Origin: Euryarchaeota archaeon UBA86
Lineage (GTDB): Archaea > Thermoplasmatota > Poseidoniia > Poseidoniales > Thalassarchaeaceae
Direction of reading: 5' to 3'
Length of the DNA stretch: 64,000 nucleotides
NCBI GenBank assembly: GCA_002503055.1
Contig: DAQX01000026.1
Location: forward strand, 46,071-110,070
Shown: one piece after another, positions 54,781-62,876 of the stretch
Layout of the letters: each line of letters starts with the position of its first letter
Position numbering within the stretch: the first letter of the stretch is position 1
Position numbers and translations under genes: made by a program
Notes under the pieces: model-generated
The model's database searches: none
The model's input: the letters and a program-made list of their open reading frames with translations, nothing else
What the model was told of the DNA's origin: nothing

Positions 54781-55689
54781 ATGTCAAATCATCTCACCAT
54801 GCCAGTCATAGGTAGAGCAGAGCTGCGCATAGTGATGGAAGGGGTCCGTACGGTACGCATCGTGGCCGCTCTAGCAGTGGCCGCTATGCTTGCCGGAGGT
54901 TGGATGATGAATGTCTCTTCTGACAATCAGCCACTCGATTTCGTTGAAGATGAAGCCAGGGGCGAAGCGGGAGCCTTTGCCGATACTGCTCCAGAAGAAG
55001 ACAGTCGCGAGGGAGATGATGGGGGGGAGCCTGAAGCCGAGCAAAATCAAGGTGAAGAGGAGGAGGACGATGTTTTGCCCGAACAGTTAATCGCTGGTGG
55101 GGCGGGGGCGTTAGGATCTCTTCTAATCGGCTCTGCGTTCTTTGAATTCATCAAAGTCACTGTACTGGTTGCTCTGGTCTCTCCTATGCTCGCGAGGATG
55201 AAGAGTAATCGCGAAGATATGTTGACTCGTGGTAGATTGCTAGGTTATCTGGAGGCTAATCCTGGGATTCACTTCTCTGCACTTAGAGACGCGCTTGGGC
55301 TTGCCAACGGTGTTACGGCCTACCACTTGAATTTCCTCGAGTCGTCAGGTCAAATCATCTCATGGAGAGATGGTAAGCTGCGTCGCTATGCTATTTCGAG
55401 TCTGACAAAAGAAGAAGTAAGCAAAATCAGAAATCCGATTTCAGGGACTAGGTTGGCTATTCTCGAGGTATTAGCAGATACTGGAAATCTAGGAATGTCG
55501 GGCCCGGACATCAGTAAAAAGTTGCAAATCTCTAGGCAATTGCTTAGTCACCACCTTTCTGAATTGAGGAATGGTGGTATGGTTGAGGCTGCTTCGGAAT
55601 CCAGAAGACCGAATTGGAAAGTCTCTAACTCAGGTCTTGATGCTCTCACGGCATCAAAGGAAGTCTCTCGCATAGAGGCGGGGGCTTGA
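54781..55689 (+). CDS. Membrane-tethered double winged-helix (ArsR/MarR-like) regulator
   Basis: It has two hydrophobic helices (IVAALAVAAMLAGGWMM and GALGSLLIGSAFFEFIKVTVLVALV) on either side of an acidic loop. Two wHTH-like units follow: LLGYLEANPGIHFSALRDALGLANGVTAYHLNFLESSGQI and LAILEVLADTGNLGMSGPDISKKLQISRQLLSHHLSELRNGGMV. Confidence 0.55.
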   Translation: MSNHLTMPVIGRAELRIVMEGVRTVRIVAALAVAAMLAGGWMMNVSSDNQPLDFVEDEARGEAGAFADTAPEEDSREGDDGGEPEAEQNQGEEEEDDVLPEQLIAGGAGALGSLLIGSAFFEFIKVTVLVALVSPMLARMKSNREDMLTRGRLLGYLEANPGIHFSALRDALGLANGVTAYHLNFLESSGQIISWRDGKLRRYAISSLTKEEVSKIRNPISGTRLAILEVLADTGNLGMSGPDISKKLQISRQLLSHHLSELRNGGMVEAASESRRPNWKVSNSGLDALTASKEVSRIEAGA

Positions 55690-55737
55690 CTTTGAGAGAT
55701 GCCAAAGGTAATTGCTTGAAGTCAAGCCCGTCATAGT

Positions 55738-57210
55738 GTGCGCGCAGCCCCCTCTATGGTCGTCATACTGATGCTCTCGGCATCCCTAACAGGATGTTTT
55801 GGAGATGATGCTGTAGCGCCCGAGCCTGACGAAGAGGGTTTGCCTCAAGGCTGGTTTGTCACCGGGGCTGATGGTCTTCCGGTAGATGTCGAAGCACTCA
55901 ATCTCAGCTTTGTGTTCAGTAATGTAGGTGAGGATGGTGCTGAGCCTAGCATTGGCATCACATCAAGTGGTTGCATGTTCTTCACAGCGTTTGAGAAGGT
56001 GATGCGTTCGTGTGACTATGGGCAGTCATGGGAGCACATGAACTCAATCTGGCAGCATCCTTCTACTAGCGACCCATGGCTATGGGTCGACCCGGTGACT
56101 GACCGTATCTTCGATGTTCAGATGGTCGGTCTGCTGACTACATGGATTGCCTGGAGCGATGATGATGGTGTTAACTGGCTAGGTAATCCGCATGACTCGG
56201 GGCCGATTCCTCTTAATGATCACATCAAACTCGGGTCGGGCCCATGGACAGATGACGGGTATGGTTTGGCTGGAGGTCTGACAAGTAACATCTACGAGAC
56301 CGCTGTGTACTTCTGTTACAACAAAGGAGTTGGAATCTTCTGCTACACGAGTTTCGATGGAGGAGCTAGTTTCCAGTTTGGAGGACAAGTGTTTGGCCTA
56401 GTTACTACTAATGGAGGGTTGCATGGCGCCATTACCACAGCACCTGATGGGACTGTGTATGTCACCCCTAGAGTAGCCACACCCACAATCGTATTCTCGA
56501 AAGATAACGGCTTCAGTTGGGAGCAAAGGACGATGGGTGAAGATGTGGGCACGCCCAATCCACGCAAGAACTCTGAAGTTGCAACAGATAGTGAGTCTAA
56601 CGCTTACCATGTTTGGGTGGGGGCTGATCATGGAATCTACATGTCACGCAGTACCGATTCGGGCAACACTTGGGAGCAAGAGAGTGCACGGCTCAGTCCT
56701 GCTGAGGTAATCTCGACAACATTCCCTCACATAGATGCTGGAGACCCTGGAAGAATTGCAATCACCTACTTAGGAAGTGAGAATGGTAGTGCGCTGAACA
56801 CATCGAATATCGATGGTGTTGCATGGGATGGTAATCCACACTACGCACCCGCCAATGTCAGCTATTACCTGTACATCACATACAGCCTCAATGCACTCGA
56901 CCCCGAACCAGTGTTCCATACAGTCAGAGTCTCTCCCGACCCAGTGCAGGTAGGAAGTATCTGCCTGAATAGTGGTGATTGTAGGGATATCGGTGGCTCT
57001 AACCGCAATCTCCTCGACTTCAATGACCTACACATTGACAGAGAAGGTAGAGTGTATGTGGCCTTCGCAGATGGATGTATCGACTCATGCGCGAGCAGTA
57101 ACAATTCGACTCCGGAAGACTCTCGCGGAAGGCTAGGTGCGGTTTACTATCTGGGAAGTGGTCCAAGTCTATTCGAATCTGTAGGTGATCTTGCAGAGTT
57201 TGAAATGTAG
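55738..57210 (+). CDS. Secreted BNR/Asp-box repeat (sialidase-like beta-propeller) lipoprotein
   Basis: A signal peptide with the lipobox LTGC is followed by Asp-box motifs SCDYGQSWE, SDDDGVNW, SFDGGASF, SKDNGFSWE and STDSGNTWE. Confidence 0.6.
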   Translation: MRAAPSMVVILMLSASLTGCFGDDAVAPEPDEEGLPQGWFVTGADGLPVDVEALNLSFVFSNVGEDGAEPSIGITSSGCMFFTAFEKVMRSCDYGQSWEHMNSIWQHPSTSDPWLWVDPVTDRIFDVQMVGLLTTWIAWSDDDGVNWLGNPHDSGPIPLNDHIKLGSGPWTDDGYGLAGGLTSNIYETAVYFCYNKGVGIFCYTSFDGGASFQFGGQVFGLVTTNGGLHGAITTAPDGTVYVTPRVATPTIVFSKDNGFSWEQRTMGEDVGTPNPRKNSEVATDSESNAYHVWVGADHGIYMSRSTDSGNTWEQESARLSPAEVISTTFPHIDAGDPGRIAITYLGSENGSALNTSNIDGVAWDGNPHYAPANVSYYLYITYSLNALDPEPVFHTVRVSPDPVQVGSICLNSGDCRDIGGSNRNLLDFNDLHIDREGRVYVAFADGCIDSCASSNNSTPEDSRGRLGAVYYLGSGPSLFESVGDLAEFEM

Positions 57211-57270
57211 AGGTATGGATTGTACCCCAAGAAAGTGAATGATTATACATTCTTACCGTTATGATAGTCC

Positions 57271-58248
57271 ATGAAGAAGCAAACAATGACCATCTTGGCC
57301 GCGGTCGCGGTTCTACTACTAATGACACAAACAGTCGTTGCAGATGACCATGAGGAGGCCACTGAAGGAGAATCCAATGTGATAATCGATGTTGTCCTAC
57401 CATTATCCTTGGCTTTCATTATGTTTTCACTGGGGTTGGGATTAACAACATCTGATTTTGGTTTGGTTTTTACCGAGCCCAAAGCCTTCGCGATTGGGAT
57501 AACAAATCAGATGTTAGTTCTGCCAATTATTGGTTTCAGTGTTGCCACAATACTGGGTCTATCTGGAGAGATGGCAGTGGGCCTGATGATTCTCGCTTGT
57601 TGTCCAGGTGGTGTGACTTCAAACATCTTGACGAAGCTTGCAAAAGGAGACACTGCTCTTTCAATTTCATACACCGCCGTAGTTAGCGTAGTCACAGTAA
57701 TCTCTCTTCCTCTGATTATTGGTTTCTCGATGGATCATTTCATGGGCGAGGCTGCCCCTGACATCGACATTCTCAGTTTAGGAGTTACAATGTTCATGTT
57801 GACCGCACTACCGGTGACGGTTGGTATGCTGATGCGAAGATATTCTCCAGACCGGACTGATAAGATTGAGCCGCGGGCGAGTAAACTTGCTGCAGGACTG
57901 TTTGTCATCATTGTGATTGCTGCAATAGTTAGTGAATTTGATACTTTGATGGACAACTTGGGCACCTTGGGCCCTGCAGTCATTATTCTCAATGTGGTAA
58001 TGTTGGGAATAGGATGGAGCAGTGCCTCAGTATTCGGATTGAATGAGCAGCGAGCTACCACCGTGGCTATCGAGAGCGGTATACAAAATGCGTCTGTAGG
58101 GATAACCGTTGGTGGGTTGATTTTGGCGCCGACTGCAGGTGCTACACTTTCCACTTTGAGTCTTCCTTCGGGAGTATATGGCGTGCTGATGTACCTCGTG
58201 ATTGCTCCGTTCTTATTCTGGCGAAGGAACAGTTCAGTGCAAGAATAG
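57271..58248 (+). CDS. Bile acid:sodium symporter (BASS) family transporter
   Basis: A polytopic protein with LACCPGGVTSNILT and ESGIQNASVGI, which are typical of the SBF/BASS family. Confidence 0.8.
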   Translation: MKKQTMTILAAVAVLLLMTQTVVADDHEEATEGESNVIIDVVLPLSLAFIMFSLGLGLTTSDFGLVFTEPKAFAIGITNQMLVLPIIGFSVATILGLSGEMAVGLMILACCPGGVTSNILTKLAKGDTALSISYTAVVSVVTVISLPLIIGFSMDHFMGEAAPDIDILSLGVTMFMLTALPVTVGMLMRRYSPDRTDKIEPRASKLAAGLFVIIVIAAIVSEFDTLMDNLGTLGPAVIILNVVMLGIGWSSASVFGLNEQRATTVAIESGIQNASVGITVGGLILAPTAGATLSTLSLPSGVYGVLMYLVIAPFLFWRRNSSVQE

Positions 58249-59817
58249 TCGGGTGCTTGTGAAAAGCATCGCCATGCCATGCTCATTGGCGGCATCGATT
58301 GAATCCTGATCTCTCATTGAGCCCCCTGGTTGAACGACTGTTGCCACACCAATCTCATGCGCTGTGTCGATTCCGTCTCGGAATGGGAAGAATGCGTCTG
58401 ACACCATCATCGATCCCCTTGCCCTGTCGCCAGCCCTGCGAGCGGCTATCCTGACTGCCTCAACCCTGCTGGTCTGTCCCGGTCCCACACCGACAGTGGC
58501 ACATCCGGTTTCTGTTCTAGCAACGAGAAGAATCGCGTTCGACTTCACTTCTGCGAGTACGGTTGAGCCGAAGCGAGCGAGTGCTACTTCCGAGTCATCG
58601 GTCTGTTTGTCGGTGACGCACTTGACTTGCCCCCAGTCGATTCCTGGGGGGCCTTGGACTTGAGCCAGCCAGCCACCATCGAGTTGCCGCAATCTAACCT
58701 CTTCTACACGGGGTTCGATGGGGTTGAGTGTTAGCATTCTGCGGTTCTTCTTGGATGACAGAATCTCGAGTGCTTCTGGCTTGTAGCCAGGTGCTATCAT
58801 GCACTCAAAGAAGTGATCACCAATGGCCTCGGCTGTTGCTTTCTCAACTGTCTGGGTGAATGAGATGACGCATCCGAAAGCACTCTCTGGATCGCTTGCA
58901 AGTGCATTCTTCCATGCTCCAACTTGTGTTTGGTCAACTGCAGCACCGCAAGGGTTGGTGTGCTTGATGATTACACATGAATGTGGCTCATTGGAACAGG
59001 TGACTTGTAGTGAGCGTGCGAGTTTGAGAGCCCCGTCTAAGTCGAGATAGTTGTTGTAAGAAAGTGGCTTACCCCCATGCTGAACTGCAGCAGCAAGGCC
59101 CGTGAACTCGCCGGCTGCAGGATAGAATGCTGCAGGCTGGTGCGGGTTCTCGCCGTAGCGTAGGCTCGTTTGCTCGCCAGTAGAGAGATGGATGCGTGAG
59201 GGTATATCCTGACCGATGAATCGGTTCTCCAACTCATTGGATACTGCTGCATCATAGGCGGCTGTAGTCTGAAATGCAGCAAGGGCCAGACTCTGCCTTT
59301 CCTCTTGGGAAACACCGGATGGGTTGCCGTCTGCCTGTGCCAATGAATCTAGTACCCCTGAATACTGAGTGGGGTCGGTTAGTACGACGACATCGGCATG
59401 GTTCTTTGCAGCGGAGCGTACCATAGTCGGGCCACCGATGTCAATCATCTCGATGAGTTCTGAATTAGAAACGGGTGGGATACGCGCAGCAGTGTCTTCG
59501 AATGGATAGAGATTGATGCAAACCAAATCAATGGTACCATATCCGAGTTCGGCCAGCATGGACATGTCATCCTCATTGTTGCGTCGTGCTAGTATGCCAC
59601 CATGCACTGCTGGATGGAGTGTCTTGACGCGACCATCGAAGACTTCCGGGTGTCCGGTTGCCTCTGAAACATCAGTGACTTCTAGGCCCGCTTCCCGCAG
59701 TGTGCGAGCGGTGCCACCGGTAGACAATATCTGCCAACCCAAGGCAGATAGTGACCTGCCTAAATCGATGATGCCTTCCTTGTCCCATACGCTGAGTAGC
59801 GCGCATGGTTGTGCCAT
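58234..59817 (-). CDS. purH: Bifunctional AICAR transformylase / IMP cyclohydrolase
   Basis: ALLSVWDKEGI, GGTA..L...G, GRVKTLHP.VHGGIL, KHTNPCGAA and SDAFFPFRDGID are present. Confidence 0.95.
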   Translation of the reverse strand: MAQPCALLSVWDKEGIIDLGRSLSALGWQILSTGGTARTLREAGLEVTDVSEATGHPEVFDGRVKTLHPAVHGGILARRNNEDDMSMLAELGYGTIDLVCINLYPFEDTAARIPPVSNSELIEMIDIGGPTMVRSAAKNHADVVVLTDPTQYSGVLDSLAQADGNPSGVSQEERQSLALAAFQTTAAYDAAVSNELENRFIGQDIPSRIHLSTGEQTSLRYGENPHQPAAFYPAAGEFTGLAAAVQHGGKPLSYNNYLDLDGALKLARSLQVTCSNEPHSCVIIKHTNPCGAAVDQTQVGAWKNALASDPESAFGCVISFTQTVEKATAEAIGDHFFECMIAPGYKPEALEILSSKKNRRMLTLNPIEPRVEEVRLRQLDGGWLAQVQGPPGIDWGQVKCVTDKQTDDSEVALARFGSTVLAEVKSNAILLVARTETGCATVGVGPGQTSRVEAVRIAARRAGDRARGSMMVSDAFFPFRDGIDTAHEIGVATVVQPGGSMRDQDSIDAANEHGMAMLFTSTRLFLH

Positions 59818-59859
59818 GTGGATGCGTGTGTGCGAGGGACTTGAAGAGTTCGTACGCGA

Positions 59860-61428
59860 CTAGTCTCCTCGAGCGGAGATTACCTGATCTATCCTGAGCA
59901 TGCTCATTGCTGTCTCAGTTGCTGACTCTAGTCCTTCCTCAATGACTGCCCTAGGATGCCAGACGCCTATTGTTGGGCCTACGGTGCCTTCGGGAGTGAT
60001 GCCCGTGAATACATCCTCGTTTGCTGCCGCTCTCAATTCGAGAATGCGGTCGAGTGTATCTCCTCCAGAGTTCTCGACCAATGTAGCCGGGATAATCTCG
60101 AGGGCTCGAGCGTAGGCGTCCATCGCCAGTCTTGCTCGCCCCGGTTCTTTCTCGGATGCGTGACGAACAGCTGCCGCCATCCTAGTGTGGATCGATCCGG
60201 CTCCTGGGAGTAACTCATTGTCTGCTAGAGCGATTGAAGATGCCCTGAGTGAATCATGTAGGCCTCGAATAATCTCCTCAGTGGCGGTGTCCCCTCCCCC
60301 TCCGACCTCGATAGTCACTGTTCTTGGGTTAAGGCACCCATCAATTCGGATGATGTCCTCAACCTGGTCTGAAGCTTCTCTCCTCTCCCAGTCTAGTGAC
60401 CCGCATACTCCTAAATCCTCGGCAACGATGTCGAGTATTGAATCGACAATATTTGCTCCTGTTGCCTCTGCGGAGTTCCTGAGTTCTGATTCATCTAACT
60501 CACCAACCGCGATGATATCGGAGTCAGAGAGTCTGTGTAGAATGTCGCGGTCTACTTCTCCAGAGCATAGAACAACTCCAGCCCCGCTGGAGATTACAGC
60601 ATCTGCAATTGCATCTTTGCGTGACTTTTCTGCGTCTACAAACGAGTCGAGTTGGTCGGCACTGGTGATTTTAATCTCGGCGTTTCTAGTCATCGAGCGG
60701 ATCTTCAAATCACCCCCCAGTACGGCGACCTTAGCGTTCTCAAGGTGATTTGGAAGATTGTCCATCAAAACTCTTCGATTGACAACAACACCTCGGATAA
60801 GCCTCGAGTCTCTCAGACCGCCTGTACCGGTCTTGAACATCGCAACATGCTCGGCAGAAGCATTCTCACGGTTTTCAGCAAGTACGCTGAGAGCCTCCGA
60901 GATAATTGCTGAGAAGTGTTCCAATGCAGCCTCTGCGCCCTTTCCACGAAGTGCGGTCTCAGCGACTGCGGTGAGCCTGTCCTCAGAGGCGTCTCGGGTA
61001 TCGATATCCATCTGCTCGATACAGGTGTTAAGACCCAGTCTGTATCCTTCTACGAGTGTTAGTGGATGCAAACCCTTGCGAAGCAGGTTGTTGGCCTCCT
61101 CAAGCAGAGCTCCACAAAGAAGCATGGTCGTTGTGACGCCGTCTCCACAGGCTTCCTCCTGTGAGTTGCCCATTGAGACCATCATCTTGGCAGCGGGGTG
61201 CTTGACCATCAGTTCGGCCACAATCTTAGCTCCGTCATTGGTTATGGCTGTGTTGCCATCGGTCTTGTACAGCATCTTGTCCAAACCGCGTGGACCCAAA
61301 GTAGGCTTCAGAAGGTCAGAAAATACCCTTGCTGCGGCAATTAGTTTCTCCTGAACATCTGTGCCGCTGGTAACCGTAGTATTGGGATTGACAATCACCA
61401 CCGGTGGTTTGCCCGCACCCTCGCTCAT
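59860..61428 (-). CDS. ths: Thermosome subunit (group II chaperonin)
   Basis: TLGPRGLDKML, ITNDGAKIV, GDGTTT and the overall CCT/thermosome pattern are present in a 522-aa protein. Confidence 0.95.
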   Translation of the reverse strand: MSEGAGKPPVVIVNPNTTVTSGTDVQEKLIAAARVFSDLLKPTLGPRGLDKMLYKTDGNTAITNDGAKIVAELMVKHPAAKMMVSMGNSQEEACGDGVTTTMLLCGALLEEANNLLRKGLHPLTLVEGYRLGLNTCIEQMDIDTRDASEDRLTAVAETALRGKGAEAALEHFSAIISEALSVLAENRENASAEHVAMFKTGTGGLRDSRLIRGVVVNRRVLMDNLPNHLENAKVAVLGGDLKIRSMTRNAEIKITSADQLDSFVDAEKSRKDAIADAVISSGAGVVLCSGEVDRDILHRLSDSDIIAVGELDESELRNSAEATGANIVDSILDIVAEDLGVCGSLDWERREASDQVEDIIRIDGCLNPRTVTIEVGGGGDTATEEIIRGLHDSLRASSIALADNELLPGAGSIHTRMAAAVRHASEKEPGRARLAMDAYARALEIIPATLVENSGGDTLDRILELRAAANEDVFTGITPEGTVGPTIGVWHPRAVIEEGLESATETAMSMLRIDQVISARGD

Positions 61429-61435
61429 GGATTCG

Positions 61436-61454
61436 GGCGACCCTAGGGGTCGCC
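61436..61454. promoter_or_regulatory. Perfect 8-bp inverted repeat GGCGACCC-TAG-GGGTCGCC between the TATA-like box and the start codon of the thermosome gene
   Basis: Read directly from the sequence. It begins 8 nt upstream of the ths ATG (61428), so it overlaps the expected transcription start or leader. Confidence 0.4.
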
Positions 61455-61471
61455 ATGAATGCTTTGAGTGG

Positions 61472-61478
61472 ATAAATA
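61472..61478 (-). promoter_or_regulatory. TATA-like box (TATTTAT on the minus strand) for the thermosome gene
   Basis: The AT-rich heptamer lies about 44-50 nt upstream of the ths ATG. This spacing suits an archaeal TATA box plus a short leader. Confidence 0.35.
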
Positions 61479-61530
61479 CCAGAAAAATGGTGAATCGGGA
61501 GACAATATCTATCCGTTCTAAGGATAGGCA

Positions 61531-62490
61531 ATGGTCATGAGAAGAGATGCTGTAGTGGTGACTCTTATCCTATTGGTTGGGACAATCGGTGCATTCGTCC
61601 CAGTATCTTCAGCTCAGGCTGGTATATTCCCTGAAGTAAACCTGACCTGCGAAGAACCAACAGAGGAAATGGAGGTTTATCCTGGAGCAACTAGGACGGT
61701 GTTGGTTAACTGTAAACTAGAAAATCCAACCTCATATAACGAGCAGGTCGACATCACAATACAGGCTGGTGCATTTGCAGCAGCAGGACCTCAATCGGCC
61801 ACAGTTGCGGGAAATTCTGAGTTGGATTTCCAAGTTGTGTTTAGAGGAGAGGAGACGCAAAGCCCCGGTCAATTCCCGGTCAATATTACCGCTAAGGTTG
61901 TTCAAGCGAATGGAATCGATGTTAGCTTGTTCACCTCTGAAGAGAGCGTTGAACTCATGATTGAGGTTGCTGCTTTCGTCAGTTGTCAGCAAAACTTGGG
62001 ACAAGGTGGAGGTACACTGGAAGCGGGACAATTAATCGTTTTCTCAACCTCGATATCTTGTACTAGTAATGAGGATTCGACCACCAAATTTCGCCTTGTG
62101 ATGATATCAGACAACGGCGATTCTTCTTGGCCTTCCGGGTTCGTGGATCAAAGTGCGACATGTGAAATTCAGATTCAAGCTGGTGGCTCCTCAAATAACT
62201 GCCAATTCCAGATTACGACTCCCTCGAATCTCGCAGATACCTGGGAAGGGTGTATCGTCGTATTAGAACAGGATTGGGATACTCCCGATTCTTGTCCTAG
62301 TTACAGGATTGATATCAAAGTAGAGCCGAAAACTATCGGAATAGGGGCTTTAGAATTAACTGGAAATAACTCTATTTTTGGAGAGTATGAAGAAGAGTTT
62401 CCGATAATTATCGGTGGAGTTGCTGTAGTTCTAGTGCTCACTATCCTAGTAGTAGTGATTCGTCGAAGGCGTCGCTCATTCGACGATTAG
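61531..62490 (+). CDS. Secreted, C-terminally anchored surface protein (hypothetical)
   Basis: It has an N-terminal signal (VVVTLILLVGTIGAFVPVSSAQA) and Thr/Ser/Cys-rich beta-type domains. The C-terminus has a TM helix followed by the basic stop-transfer sequence RRRRRS. Confidence 0.5.
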   Translation: MVMRRDAVVVTLILLVGTIGAFVPVSSAQAGIFPEVNLTCEEPTEEMEVYPGATRTVLVNCKLENPTSYNEQVDITIQAGAFAAAGPQSATVAGNSELDFQVVFRGEETQSPGQFPVNITAKVVQANGIDVSLFTSEESVELMIEVAAFVSCQQNLGQGGGTLEAGQLIVFSTSISCTSNEDSTTKFRLVMISDNGDSSWPSGFVDQSATCEIQIQAGGSSNNCQFQITTPSNLADTWEGCIVVLEQDWDTPDSCPSYRIDIKVEPKTIGIGALELTGNNSIFGEYEEEFPIIIGGVAVVLVLTILVVVIRRRRRSFDD

Positions 62491-62826
62491 AACATGCCAT
62501 CTGAGTGAAAGTGCTGCAGCTAGACCTATGGCAAGAGCGGGGGCTAGTGGCCACCCAAATGTATTGGTGAACATTGCAAACAGGAGTAGTGTTGCTGCAC
62601 CGGTGGATGTCACATCGACTAGTGTGTCTCTAGAGAAACCAGACTGGTTGGTTATGTGGTCTCGATTCTTGATTGCGAGTGCGATTAGGGCCAAAGCGCC
62701 TACTAAAATCAGATGCCCTACGACCCACCCCATGGAGGCCCCAAAAGCCGCATCGAGAGTGTCTTGGAAACCTCCCAATACAGATGAGGCGAGGTCGACC
62801 ATGTCGCCGCGAGAGGAAGTCCGCAC
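62476..62826 (-). CDS. Small hypothetical membrane protein
   Basis: A 116-aa protein with three hydrophobic helices. It converges on the previous gene with a 15-nt overlap. I recognise no family. Confidence 0.3.
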   Translation of the reverse strand: MRTSSRGDMVDLASSVLGGFQDTLDAAFGASMGWVVGHLILVGALALIALAIKNRDHITNQSGFSRDTLVDVTSTGAATLLLFAMFTNTFGWPLAPALAIGLAAALSLRWHVLIVE

Positions 62827-62876
62827 TTGAATTAAATGACCGAAGCCCCTTATCGTGCGTACCCAATCGTGGCCTT

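Noticed and set aside
57735-58295. A 186-aa minus-strand ORF antisense to the BASS transporter gene.
   Set aside because: The plus-strand frame has the BASS signatures and a consistent TM pattern. The antisense ORF has no recognisable features.
60185-61354. Two long plus-strand ORFs (187 and 198 aa) antisense to the thermosome gene.
   Set aside because: The minus-strand frame encodes an unmistakable group II chaperonin. The antisense translations are Ser/Ala/Pro-rich with no motifs, as is typical of shadow ORFs.
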